From assembly GCA_009602735.1 (NCBI GenBank), contig WELA01001939.1:1057213-1117434 (forward strand): a stretch of DNA of 60,222 nt. The letters run 5' to 3'. Positions 48,883 to 60,222 of the stretch are shown in pieces. This DNA comes from Mesotaenium endlicherianum. Lineage: Eukaryota. A model generated the notes under the pieces. The model did no database searches and was not told the DNA's origin. It saw only the letters and a list, made by a program, of their open reading frames with translations. The first letter of the stretch is position 1. The number at the start of each line of letters is the position of its first letter. The translations under genes were made by a program, and so were the position numbers.

Positions 48883-51025
48883 CACTAGATTTACTGCCTA
48901 TAGGACCAAAACAGACTTTACAACAGCCTATTTTTGAATGCTCATACTAAAGTCAGTGCTTATGTGGTACATAAGAGCCATATATATACTGAATCTACTA
49001 TGAGTAAGCAATCTGGCAATGTACTTTTTTCAATTTTTTTGGGATTTATTAGTGTACTTTTTTGTACTACAAGGGAAACACACGTGTGAGCTCCCACAAG
49101 TACATTTCTTCTCAGCACAATATCCGAAAAGTACAACTTATTTTTAGAGCCTGATTTTTTCGGAGATTTGTCTTGATATAAGGAGGACAGTGCACTTCAC
49201 AGATATACAATTCATTTAGTATCCTAGCTGCTACACCAGCCCAATGTTTGGGTTCCAAATTGACACCAAGTTTTTTTGTCATTGGTCCCATAAGGAATGT
49301 AGGAAGTGCATTATGCAGATTTATTGTTTGGTGCATAACTTTTACAATTCTTGATGGAAATCTTTGAAACAAGTTCAAGCATGCTTAGAATACTTTACAC
49401 AAGCACTATGAAACATAAAAGCACCAAAAATATGTAAAGCAAAAATTATGAGTCTTGTCATATATGGCTCCATGGGCGACGCGTCGTAAAATCTGGTATA
49501 TGGCAGATGGTGTGAGCAAAAAAAAATTAGTTTTAGAGTTATGCACCTTTCATCTATGCTACTGTTTAGGAGCACCAATGGGCAACCTATTCCAACCACA
49601 ATCTAGATGCTCTATGTTTCTGGTAGTGTAAAAGATTTCAAAGCAAGGAGTGGGATGTAAGGCAATGTTACAAGGTATACACATGAATTGACACCTCTTC
49701 TTCCTTGCTGCAGCTCCTAAGTCAAAGTACTTAGCACTACACACCACACAGCTTGCCCTTTCTCCTTTCTTCACCTTGTCCGGAAAGTGCCTCCCAATCC
49801 ACCTCTGCTCTCCAGCAGCTCCTGCTGCACTTGACCTGGTCTGCCTGTTGCGATGATGTACCCACTCCGACATCTCCCTCACTAGTTGCAACATAAATAA
49901 GTATCTGTCAGCACCAAGATGGGCCAGCTTCACCAGCCATGGTGGAACTTCACCTTCAGCAGCAGGCCTCCAGGAATACTCCTCTTTGTTGTTGGCAGGC
50001 TCCTCAACTTCTTCTTCTTCAGCTACAGCAGGCACCATTGGCTCTCCTTCAGAATCCAGCTCCGTGTCTGAGCTGTACTCCTCTTCGTCTGACTGCCTGT
50101 TCTTCTTCTTGCTGTAGCCCCTCACTGCCCTCCTCTTAGCAGTCTCCCATGCCACTACCACCCTGTTCCTTCTCTCTTCCTTGTTAGCAGGCACAGACAC
50201 GTCTGGTCTTGTCTGTTTTGATGGTCTCCCTCTTTTCCGTGTTGACTCTACCGGCTCTAAGCCTGTTTTCGACTCTTCCTCAGTGTTTGTTGTGTCTGCT
50301 ACTGGTGTGGGAGTGTCTGTTAGTGGTGTGGGAGTATCTTCTGGTTCAGGGGGTGTGTTTACAATGCTAGGAGTGACTTGAATCACATGAGAAGCAGGAA
50401 GCTGTGAAAGTGGGTCCGAAGAGGCCTCAACTCTAACAACTCCCTCATATGGGCAGAACCAACGAAATTTGGGGATAGAAGGCATGTATTGTACTACTTG
50501 CCTGCGTCCCCATGTTTTGTACTCTCCATCGTAGCCAAAATAGATCTTAAACTTAATTTCTTTGGTCTTATGCATCTCTTCCTCTAAGATTCTGACCAAA
50601 AAAAACTCTTTATAGTGCTCTCCAAACTCTTGTGCTGCCCAAGTTTCACCCCAAATCTTACTAGGTGTTAGTATCTTAGTGCCTACGGCTACCGAGGGGC
50701 CTGTAGATGAAGAAGCGATGTCAGCCATGGCTTATGTAGCATGCAAAGCGAAAGAAGTAATAGACAGGAAGAGGCCTGTTCGAAGGTCAAAATTGAAACA
50801 GAAAGTGACCTCTTCGTGGCCGGCAAACTTACATAACTTCGTCATATATTGGCCGTTATGGCTAAAACTAATTTGCCGGAGGGGTTTGAGTTATGACACA
50901 TCCAATGAGCCTATTTTTAGACAATTCTGATTAAAAAGAAGTAGGCTGAGGGGGTGTAGAATTTTGCCTAGTTATGGACATAATTTGGTTCCAGAACCAA
51001 AATAGGACCCACAGTATAGCTAGTG
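48883..51025 (-). mobile_element. Internally deleted piggyBac-like DNA transposon
   Basis: Termini CACTAGatttACTG / CAGTatagCTAGTG (14-bp TIR, 2 mismatches), flanked by TTAA (48879-48882) and TTGA (51026-51029). Inserted at the TTAA of the RT gene. Confidence 0.85.
49559..50728 (-). CDS. piggyBac transposase derivative (389 aa) lacking the DDD core and retaining the C-terminal Cys-rich domain
   Basis: HFP...CVVC...CQFMCIPCNIALHPTPCF matches the piggyBac CRD pattern. Acidic SSDTELDSE tract and RKRGRP present; no room for a catalytic core. Confidence 0.8.
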   Translation of the reverse strand: MADIASSSTGPSVAVGTKILTPSKIWGETWAAQEFGEHYKEFFLVRILEEEMHKTKEIKFKIYFGYDGEYKTWGRRQVVQYMPSIPKFRWFCPYEGVVRVEASSDPLSQLPASHVIQVTPSIVNTPPEPEDTPTPLTDTPTPVADTTNTEEESKTGLEPVESTRKRGRPSKQTRPDVSVPANKEERRNRVVVAWETAKRRAVRGYSKKKNRQSDEEEYSSDTELDSEGEPMVPAVAEEEEVEEPANNKEEYSWRPAAEGEVPPWLVKLAHLGADRYLFMLQLVREMSEWVHHRNRQTRSSAAGAAGEQRWIGRHFPDKVKKGERASCVVCSAKYFDLGAAARKKRCQFMCIPCNIALHPTPCFEIFYTTRNIEHLDCGWNRLPIGAPKQ

Positions 51026-53669
51026 TTGAAGAAAGTATTGAATTCTTAGGCCACGTTGTCAGTACAGAAGGCATCAGTGTGGATCCTAAGAAAGTCCAGA
51101 CCACAAGGGAGTAGCCAGTACCACAGTCTGTCTCTGAAGTTAGATCCTTCCTCGGGTTGGCTAACTACTATAGGAGATTTATTGAGAATTATTCTACAAA
51201 GGCCAGCAAACTGACTGACCTTACTAAAAAAGACATAAGGTATGTTTGGGGGGAAGTGCAGCAGGCAGCCTTCCAGACCCTTAAAGATGCTCTTTGTTTT
51301 GCCCCAGTGCTAGCCGTGTATGACCCCGACGAACTTGTGCAGGTGGATACTGATGCTTCTGACTTTGCCATGGGTGCTATTTTGTTGCAGCTTGCTGACA
51401 AAACCACAAAGGATGGTAAGGTAAAGCAGGAGTGGCATCCTGTGTCGTATGAGTCTATGAAATCTAATCCAGCTGAGATTAATTACTCTGTACATAATAA
51501 GGAGCTGCTAGCTATCATTCATGTGCTCAAACAGTGGAGAGCATACTTACATGGTAAAGCTTTTAAGGTGATTACAGATCATCTAGCTCTGACTCACTTT
51601 CAGAAGAAGTCCAAGCTGTCGAGGAGGGAGAACCGCTGGGGCAAAATGCTGGAGCAGTTCCAAGTCCAGATCGACTACAAACCAGGGAAATTGAATCCTG
51701 CTGATGCACTCTCTAGAAGACCTGACTTGCAAGAAAGAAACTTTAATCAGCATGCTGTAGATAAAGTCCTGTGTGCACACACTTCACTGAAGGTGAAAAA
51801 GTCCTTCCTTGAACAACTTAGGAAAGCCTACCATTCCGACCCAACATTTGAGCCCAGCCCCACTACTGGTGTGTGTCGTGCTACTGCACTCGGGTATAAA
51901 CTTAAAGGAGGGGTCTGGGTGACTGAAACCACTTAAGGCAGGCTGAAGCTGGTTATTCCTAATAACTTGGAAATAAGGTCCCTTTTATTGAGTCAAGTAT
52001 ATGACAGTTTACTGGGTGGGCATTTGGGGCAGGCCAAAACTGTTGGCAAACTGGCAAAACATTATCATTGGGAGGGGTTGCCCCGAGAGGTCTTGAAATA
52101 TGTGAAGTCCTGTGATCAGTGTCAAAGAAATAAGTCTAGGCACACACCACCGGGAGGTCTCTTGCAACCGCTGCCCATCCCAGCGGGACGCTGGGAAACT
52201 ATATCCATGGACTGGGTGGTCACACTGCCACGAACTGCTAATGGGCATGATTCGATATTGGTAGTCGTGGATAAACTGACAAAAATGGTCATTTTCATCC
52301 CCACAACTGTCAAAGTGACTGCACTCGAAACAGCGAGACAGTTCTACAACCACGTAGTATGCCAACATGGACTACCCTCTAATATCATCTCAGACCGAGC
52401 CTCAAAATTTACCTCTAAGTTTTGGAGAGCTTTAATGGGGTTAATGGGAGTCAAACAACTGCTCTGCACAACAAACCACCCTCAGACTGATGGGCAGGCT
52501 GAAAGAACTAACCGAATTCTGCAGGAGGTGCTGAGAGCATGTATTAACCAAAAACAAGATAATTGGGATGACCTGTTGCCTCAAATTCAGTTTGCGGTCA
52601 ACAGTGCGGTGCACGCGTCAACGGGCAAGACTCCTTTTGAACTCAGCCTGGGTAGAGTCCCTAAGTCTCCTCTAGATGTGCTAGGGGAATCTTTAACTCA
52701 CCCTGAAGGGATTGACAACCCGGTCTCCCTCCAGTTAACTCAGGAGTTTGCTGACACCCTGTCAGAAGTCCAACAAAACCTGCACAAAGCCCAAGAAAAC
52801 CAACAAAAATACGCTAATCAACACCGTCGGGAGCTGACATTTTCCAAGGGCGATTTAGTCAAACTGCATTCTCAGCACCTGTACCTCCCTGGTGTGGTCA
52901 AGAAAAAGCTTGGCCCTGTCTGGGTCGGTCCATATTCGGTGGTGCGTCGTATCGGTCAGAATGCTTACAAACTGAACATGTCAGCGGACTACAAGGGTCA
53001 CCCGGTCTTTAATGTCTCCTTCTTGGAACNGTCTCCTTCCTGGAACCATACATCAAAGGTGATACACTGTTCACAGGTCGGTTACCTGTCCAACCGGGAC
53101 CGGTCCCCGCTGTTCGGGACGGCGACCCTGGAGAATATGAGGTCGCTGAGATTTTAGACGCTCGCTCGGTCCGTCGATGGTCTAAATATGTCATGAAGTA
53201 CCTCATCCGATGGAAGGGTTACGATGCCTCTGGGGACACTTGGGAGTTTAAAGACCAGCTGACCAATGCCAAAGGGGCGTTGAAACGGTTCCGTCTTCGG
53301 GCGGCTGGGGCACCGCCCTAACTGTCCCTTCGATAGACATGGGAAGGTGACAGGAGGTCCTTTCTCCATACAAGTTGGAGGGGGATGTGACAGTTAGTGA
53401 CAGTTGTGACGAGTAGCCCACCTTTAAAATTAAGTTGGAGGGAGTGGTATTTTGTTTCGGGATCAGCCGGAAAATCTCTGATAACCATATTACACACTCA
53501 ACCTGCGCTCACACTCACTTTCTCTCTAACTCAATTTTCCCTTATATTCACTCACACCAGGTATTTCACACTAGGAACTCTCCTGATCGCGTTCCTCTTC
53601 ATCAAGGGCACTCAGTAGCGGCAAAATATCATGACTTCACTAACTGCATTGTGTTTATGATTGAGCAGG

Positions 53670-55067
53670 ATGACTCAAAAGTCGGAACTCAAGAGGAAGA
53701 GAAGGGCGGAAGAGGCACATGCAGAATACTTGCAATTCCGTGGAGACATCGAATCATCCTCCATCTCCGCTCGGGAATCACAACGACTCCAACAACAGCG
53801 GGAGGCACAGAAGAAGAAGGAGGAGGAGGCACAGGCCAGACTGAGGCAGGAAGAAATGGACAGAAAAGCTGCACAGGAAGCCAAGAAAGCAGAGGAGGAG
53901 AGGCAAGCTGAGGAGAGGCGGAAGCATCAGGCTGAAGAAGAGCAGAGGAGAATCAGCAGCTACCGCTACACAGTACTGGGCAAGGGCTTCGATCTACTGG
54001 AGGAGGCCTTCAAGTATGCTCAGAGAAGTCGCAGCGAGTCACAGAAGGACATCCTCCAGAGGGAAGGGGAGACATCCAAAAACTTTGACAAGTATATAGA
54101 GGTCTGCACGGGGCTCCTCCTCTACCACGATTACGCCAGGATGGTGGATATACGATCAGAGAGGCCAAGGCAATGGCCCAGGTGAACGAAGCAGGGGCTG
54201 TATCGATTCCTGGTATCTGGGCGGCCGATAGGGTCATCAGGATGATCCCCATGGACGCGGACAGCTTCAAGGACTCTACATCCCATAACAGGTTCAAGGC
54301 CGTGTATAATGAGGTGGAGAGAAGGAGCTGGGAATTCTTGGCCAGGGAAACCAGTCAGCTAGACTTTGCAGGGCACTGGTACCCTTGTACTCATAAAAGG
54401 ACAGAGCTTGCCTTCTTCCAAAAGCCCACCGATTGGCAGTGGATGACCATCAACATGAGGGATCAGCAAAATGACAGGGCGACGGATGAGGATTTCCTGA
54501 AGACCTAAAGGGGAACATAGTATTGCCCCCTCACATTGCGGCTTGGGACCCAAGATTGGATGGAGTCAGAGACTGCATGAACCAAGAAATGCAGGGCGAC
54601 AAAAGCAGGGCCCGAGAGTCATTCTCAAAAGGGAAGCACGCTTATGCCAAATGGGCTAGCAAGCAGGGGGGAAAGGACCTGTATGCGGTCCGGACTGAGC
54701 AGCCCCCACCAGCACCCAAAAGGGGAAGGTCAGTGGGATATTCTTTTTCTCGGGAAGAACTGGAGCAGCTGACAGAAGAGACCCCAGAAGTCTCAGAGGA
54801 ATCCGGGGACGGAGAGGAGGAGGAGTCAGAGGAAGACGAGGAGGAAGGCGAGGAGGAGGACACTAGCCCCGCCGTGATCCTGACACCTGCCACATCCCTT
54901 GTAAGGGAGAAGACTGAGTCGGCCCTGCAGCAGCTCGCTGAAGAGGAGGATATCACTTGGCTGGGAACTGCCATGGGACAGAGCCCATCTCTAGGCACGG
55001 AGACCCAGTCAGACAAGGCAGACAGGAGGGCTGCTAGAGAGATAGCCAGAGGCCTGCCGGCATCTCC
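53670..55067 (+). pseudogene. ORF-X2 of B4 (two frameshifts, 3' truncated)
   Basis: Near-identical to the copy starting at 35030; broken at ~54146 and ~54500. Confidence 0.88.
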
Positions 55068-56468
55068 CAAATGCAATATTGATGCTAGTTTACTACCATG
55101 TGACTTACGAGTATTGTCCACTGCTAGTGTGTTGTCTTTTTCTGTTCAATCAAGTAATAGAAAACACCATAAAGATTACTTGCTGATATAAAAATCTTCA
55201 TTAATTGTTGATCGCCTTTTTAGTAAGTCGATTCAAGTCAACAGCCAGCTTACTTCCGTACTCGATAGCAGCGAACTGCCTAGATATGCATCTAAGTGTG
55301 GTAACTAGATGAATGGCCGAATGGCATCCTTAGGATGGATGACGATTCGGGATGATGGGAGATGGCGGTGGATTTGGTTAACTGAGGTCCTACCAACGTG
55401 GTTAACTCTCGGGTCGGCGGTGCCATCGCACTTGCCGTTGAACAGTAAACTCATTCCATGTACATAAGCAAGGATTGCTCTCGAGTTTGGCATTCGGAAA
55501 CGAGGCCAACTCTCTTGTACTGCTGACTGAGAGATATTTGAATCCAAGGTGAGAAGCCATTGATAGGCACTGTCTTCTAGCCTTGCTTATGTATGAGTTT
55601 ACTGATTGCATTATTGATGCTAGTTTACTTGCATCTGACTTGCAAGTATTGTCCACTGCTAGTGTGTTGTCTTTTGCTGTTTACTCAATTAGCAGAAAGA
55701 CCATAAAGATTACTTACTGATACAAAGATCTTCATTAATTGTTAATCGCCTATTTGGTAAGACGATTCATTTCAATAATATTCATTTAGATATAATAGTT
55801 AAATAAGTTCAGCCTGCTGAACTTTAGTTAATTTTTAGTTTGCTGGATTTGAGTCTGCTGGATAATTAATACTTAGTTAAATGACTCAGCCAAGAGTAGC
55901 AGGCTGAAGTCCATTAGGTCAGCCTGTTGACGTGTGTCAACTTGCTGACACATTCTTTGACAGTCAGCTGGCTGCCGTACTCGGCAGCAGCGAACTGCCT
56001 AGCAATGCACCTAAGTGTTGTGTGCTAGATGAATGGCCAGATGACACCCTTAAGGTGGATGGCGATTCGAGATGATGGGAGATGGCTGTGGATTTGGTTA
56101 GCCGAGGTCCTACCGACGTGGTTAGGCGGTGCCATCTCACTTGCCGTTGAACAGTAAACTCATTCTATGTACATGTGCTAGGTATTGGTCTCGAGTTCGG
56201 CATTCGAAAACGAGGCCAATTCTCTTAAACTGCTTATTGGGAGATATATGAATACAAGGCGAGAAGCCATTAATACGCACTATTTTCTAACCTTGCTTAT
56301 GTATGAATTTACTAATTGCATTATGCATTTGACTTGCGAGTATTGTTCACTGCTAGTGTGTTGTCTTTTGCTGTTTAATCAATTAACAGAAAATACCATG
56401 AAGATTACTCGCTAATATAAATATATTTATTAATTGTTAATCGCCTATTGGTAAGTCAATTCATTTCA
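55068..56468 (+). repeat. Stack of three partial/nested family B LTRs (~55068-55235, ~55236-55774, 55775-56468)
   Basis: LTR 3' ends (gattcatttca-like) at ~55235, 55774 and 56468. Confidence 0.85.
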
Positions 56469-56599
56469 AACAGGTACATTTCTCCTGTCACAACCCCCTA
56501 ACATAGGTGTCGCAGGATTGCCAAGCGCACTCAGATGGCTCGCGTTGGCAAGTATAAATACTTGCAGTGTCAATCTCAGTGCAACTTTAAAAACACCTC

Positions 56600-57385
56600 T
56601 TCTCGTCATTGCATTTTTGTCCAGTTTTCGCACAACTCCTTTCTGAAAAGCTTAGAAAAGATCCTCACTATTCTCACGAAAGTTAGAATCGCTACACTTG
56701 GGTTCCACCGTTCTATCTCTCCAAGAATTGGTTTCCTTAGCCTTGTCCATTTGTTTACCCAACACGTATTCCCAATTACTATCATCCTTATTAACCATAG
56801 AATTTTTAGATGTTTCATTAATCACAGACCAACTATACTGTTGGGCTGCCACTGTTTGTTTCATACGCAAAGTCAAGATGTTCACACTTTCTTGAGCGGC
56901 TTTTTTGATGGCATCGGTGTGGCTGTCGTCCAGAGCGTCTTGAATCTTGTAGAGCCGATTGTTAACCTCCATACAAGTCTTCATCTGGACCTTGTTGTCG
57001 TCAGAGAGGTTGCCAAACCCGCTTCATCCTGCTCCATGCGTAGGCGCTTAAACTCCCTAGACCTAGCCTATTCCACCTCCTTCTCCTGTCGACTTTCACC
57101 CCCTTGGTGGAGCACTGCCAGCAACTTCTGAAGTTCAGCATTTTGCATTTCTGAGGACATTTTCTCCAAATTTGGGCTCTTTGCTTTTGAGGCTCTAGTT
57201 TGAAGTAACTGCTCCACTGTCAAAGCGTCCTGATCCTGTTTGAAAAGACCTTTTCTACTCGCTAGCTCTTCGAGAACCTTTCCCCAGGCCCTCTCATTTT
57301 CTAACTGTAACAAGTCCTTCACTACGTTCGAAGCCCCCTCTCCCATGGCCTCCTTGCCCCCTTTGCTCTTATCTCCGGATGTCAT
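56600..57385 (-). pseudogene. Degenerate gag-like ORF, possibly of a DIRS/Ngaro tyrosine-recombinase retroelement
   Basis: Two ORF pieces joined across a stop and a frameshift. The segment DNKVQ...EVNNRL...QESVNILTLRMKQTVAAQQYSWSVINE...DD resembles Ngaro-type ORF1 as recalled; not searched. Confidence 0.4.
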
Positions 57386-59211
57386 GGGTGGAGGTGTTAT
57401 TTCAATACAAATCTGGTTGTTCCCCTTAGAATATTAGCACATGCGGTAATAACGAACTCAAACATTTGTATCGTACAAAAGATATAAGAGATTGCATGCA
57501 ATTAAGCTTAAGCCATGACGGCTGGAATTTTGCTCACTACTCTTGCTATCGTGAAATGAGTAGGTAGGGTTTATTGGGATCGTTAAGTGTCGATCTCGTT
57601 ACTGGCGAATTCGAGTCGGATTCACAGTCAAATCTTGCCGTTTGCCCATCACAAAATTGTTATGATATTTTTCATACATCAAAATGTCATTTACAGTGGG
57701 TTTTTGGCGGTTCGTTGCCATCGAATCGAGTCACTTCTAACATTGAATAACGAACGAATCTCGCCATTACAGCGAGAAACTCAAACGACCTCGAGAGACC
57801 ATTTGAGTTTTCTTGATTTGATTGTCACTCCAAAACGATTCGCATCGGGTTGATGTCGATTAAACAGCGAAGCGGTGTCGTCACTGTAAACCAAAGTCAT
57901 TTTTTCTGGTCATTAGCGATTGAAAAGGTGAGATTTGAAATTGAATCACAAGAGTTTTGCCAACAGCAGGGAGGGCGGAGAAAGAGTCTGGTGTTGGGCA
58001 TCCAAAATAGAAAACAACAGCCAATAAGTTTCAACTGGAGGGTCTGACAGCCGAGTGCCCACTCATGACATGCAACATTTTAAGTGAGGCACTCTAAACC
58101 AGCCCTGAATGGCTGTGCAAAGAAAGAGTGAAAGAACCGAAAGGGGCGAATGCGAATAGAATGTGAACTCGCATGCATAGTCTCACTCGCATTGACTCGC
58201 ATGCACTAGGCACGGCCTCATGAGTTGATCGTCGAGCACGTTTTATACGAACGATCCAAACCGCCTCTTTTGGCATTTGGCATTCTCGGCGACATAGTTT
58301 GTCCAGCTCTGCGTATTCCATGGCTGAGAGCAGGCCGAAAAGTTCATTCCCAATCAAAGAGGACTAGGATCTTCCCGTACCTTCAAAAGCAAACACTAAA
58401 TGCCACGTTGTCAGTATACAAGTTTAGCCCACAGCAGACTCATAGCAGGTCACAGAGTTCGAGCTGAGGCCGAGCCTGGGACTGCCAGGCACAGAATGAC
58501 AGAAGAGTGGACTTTAAGCATCGGACGATGGAAACGGAGCTGAATGCGGAGGTGTCGGAAGCTGGTCGAAAGGTCGATCAGGGTCAACCAGTATGAATTA
58601 GTGTGAATCAGATCGTGAATTGGTCACAATGAGGACGAACGTGCTGACCACGCGTCCAAGCCGTCGTCATACTCAGTCACGCCTGACAGTAACGACAAAT
58701 TTGAGAAATGCTTCTTGATGCTCGCCTCTTGGCACTTTGGCACCACTTGGCACCCATAAGTCAGCAAGCGACATTATCGAGTTCCCGAGGCCAGTTGAGG
58801 CTGCTCCAAGCACGGCCCAAGCTCAGTTCTCACATATATGGCAAGCTAAGGTCACTGAAAGTGCCGTTCATGTGACTTGCGATCATCATTCGCGGCGGCC
58901 ATAAATGATGGCTCAGTCCTAAATTGAGGCTTTGAGTTGAAAACCGAGAGAGGATGTACGCCATGTGCATGCAGCAGGCCAGCATTTGCAGCTAGTCCTC
59001 AGCTCATGGGTACGTCAGTTGTGATGCCTGCGACAACCTATGTGAGCTAAATAGCGGCAAGTAAATGCAAGAATAACCCCAACGTCTAATGCGCTCCACT
59101 CCTGCAGAACCCATTGCTCTTCCTACCGCAGGCGGTGATCAGTTGACAATTTCAAGCACCATCCGCCAAGCAGCTTGGGTCGGAGGCGATCACTCTCGGT
59201 CAACCGGAAAC

Positions 59212-60144
59212 ATGGTGTTTGCAGCCCCTAAAAATAGGGTCCTAGGGGTGGGGACACGGAATGCCTTATTGGTTTTTTGGTTCGCGCTTGCAGCTGTTAC
59301 ATGCTGCCCCATTGCCAATGCGGATGCTGAAGGTGGCTTCTTGGACTTGGCAGAAGTTCGGCACATGCCTGCAGGTGCGGGCGAGCACCATGCACATGCG
59401 GGAGTCGATGCAGGCTTCGGGAACGGGGAGCACGCATTGATGGGGGAGGTGGGGCTGGGGGAGGTGGGACCCATGGAGCTGGAGAGGTGGCTCCAAGTGC
59501 CACATCAGCCTAGGAGGTCCGTGTGGGAGGAGTCCCTGGACGTCCTGGGCTCTCTTTCACCTGCAGGTGACATCAATGCTGACGCCATCCTGCCACCTGG
59601 CCGGAGGATCCGTAGCCCAGCTGGCGAGCGGCGCAGGAGGAGACTTAAGGAGAAAGCCCCCAAGGCACCTGGCGGGGCGCCATCGAAAGGGCAGGGGGGG
59701 GAGGGCAAGGGCCAGGGTAAAGGTGCACCTGGCAAGGGGGGCGGCAAGGCGTCACCTGGCAAGGGCGGGAGCAAGGCACCACCTAGCAAGGGCGGTAGCA
59801 AGGCGCCACCTGGCAAGGGGGGCAGCAAGGCGCCGCCTGGCAAGGGCGGGAGCAAGGCCCCTCCTAGCAAGGGCGGCGGAGGCAAGACGCCACCTAGCAA
59901 GGCGCCATCTGGCAAGGGCGGGAGCAAGGCGCCACCTGGCAAGAGCGGCGGGGGCAAGGGCAACAACGGGAAGGGCAACGGGGCCGTCAAGAAGATGGGC
60001 CTCAAGAAGCGCAAGCTGACCGATCCGTCGACATCTGTCGCCGACATCGACTCGGCATACTACATCTTCGAGAGCGTCACGCCGCCCGCCGCCGTCGACT
60101 GGCGCCGCACGGCCGCCGCCACCGTCGTCAAGAACCAGTTCCAG
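59212..60144 (+). CDS. First exon (311 codons) of a papain-family (C1A) cysteine protease precursor; continues beyond window
   Basis: Hydrophobic signal-like N-terminus (NALLVFWFALAAVTCCPIANA); ends PPAAVDWRRTAAATVVKNQFQ|GT, matching the mature papain start P..VDWR....T.VKNQ. Confidence 0.8.
59725..59960 (+). repeat. 27-bp coding tandem repeat (KAPPGKGGS), about 8 units
   Basis: Repeated gcgccacctggcaagggcgggagcaag units. Confidence 0.9.
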
Positions 60145-60222
60145 GTCTGTCTGCGCGCGCGCACGCGCAATTGTGAACACCCCCCCAGTCCCCCATTTGG
60201 CCCCGCCCCCGGCTTGCCCCTG

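Larger units (their letters stand above)
46225..55067 (+). mobile_element. Family B copy B4: truncated 5' LTR (46225-46898) fused to 3' gag, pol (to 53321) interrupted by piggyBac, ORF-X2 truncated
   Basis: The LTR jumps to gag at caggagaacatg. RT reads ...SKCEFF|(piggyBac)|[11 protein letters not shown]. Confidence 0.9.

Noticed and set aside
59505..60047. Minus-strand Pro/Leu-rich 180-aa ORF
   Set aside because: Antisense shadow of the KAPPGKGGS repeat; the plus frame carries the signal peptide and DWR/KNQ motif.

Overview
This is eukaryotic DNA, inferred to be green-plant lineage (probably a streptophyte alga) from plant-type tRNase Z and PEPKR-like genes and microsatellite-rich introns. 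It contains two large N gaps and three single-N joins. The first ~16.5 kb holds three host genes: the 5' exons of a Zn-dependent MDR dehydrogenase (minus), a TM-type short tRNase Z (plus; 7 visible exons, one or more hidden in a gap), and a 2-exon PEPKR/CDPK-related kinase (minus). From ~18.3 to 56.5 kb is a nested island of Ty3/gypsy chromoviruses. Family A has one full element and one solo LTR, both with 5-bp TSDs. Family B has four internal copies (B1-B4) and stacked LTRs, and B4 carries an internally deleted piggyBac in its pol. The most notable feature is that every family-B copy has a ~550-aa uncharacterised ORF (ORF-X) between the chromodomain and the 3' LTR. ORF-X has a conserved ~105-nt 5'-UTR intron, lies between duplicated polypurine tracts, and occurs as two very divergent versions (X1, X2) on near-identical pol/LTR backbones. 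The window ends with a possible DIRS/Ngaro gag relic and the first exon of a papain-like protease with a Gly/Lys/Pro-repeat propeptide. All coordinates were read by hand and no searches were run.
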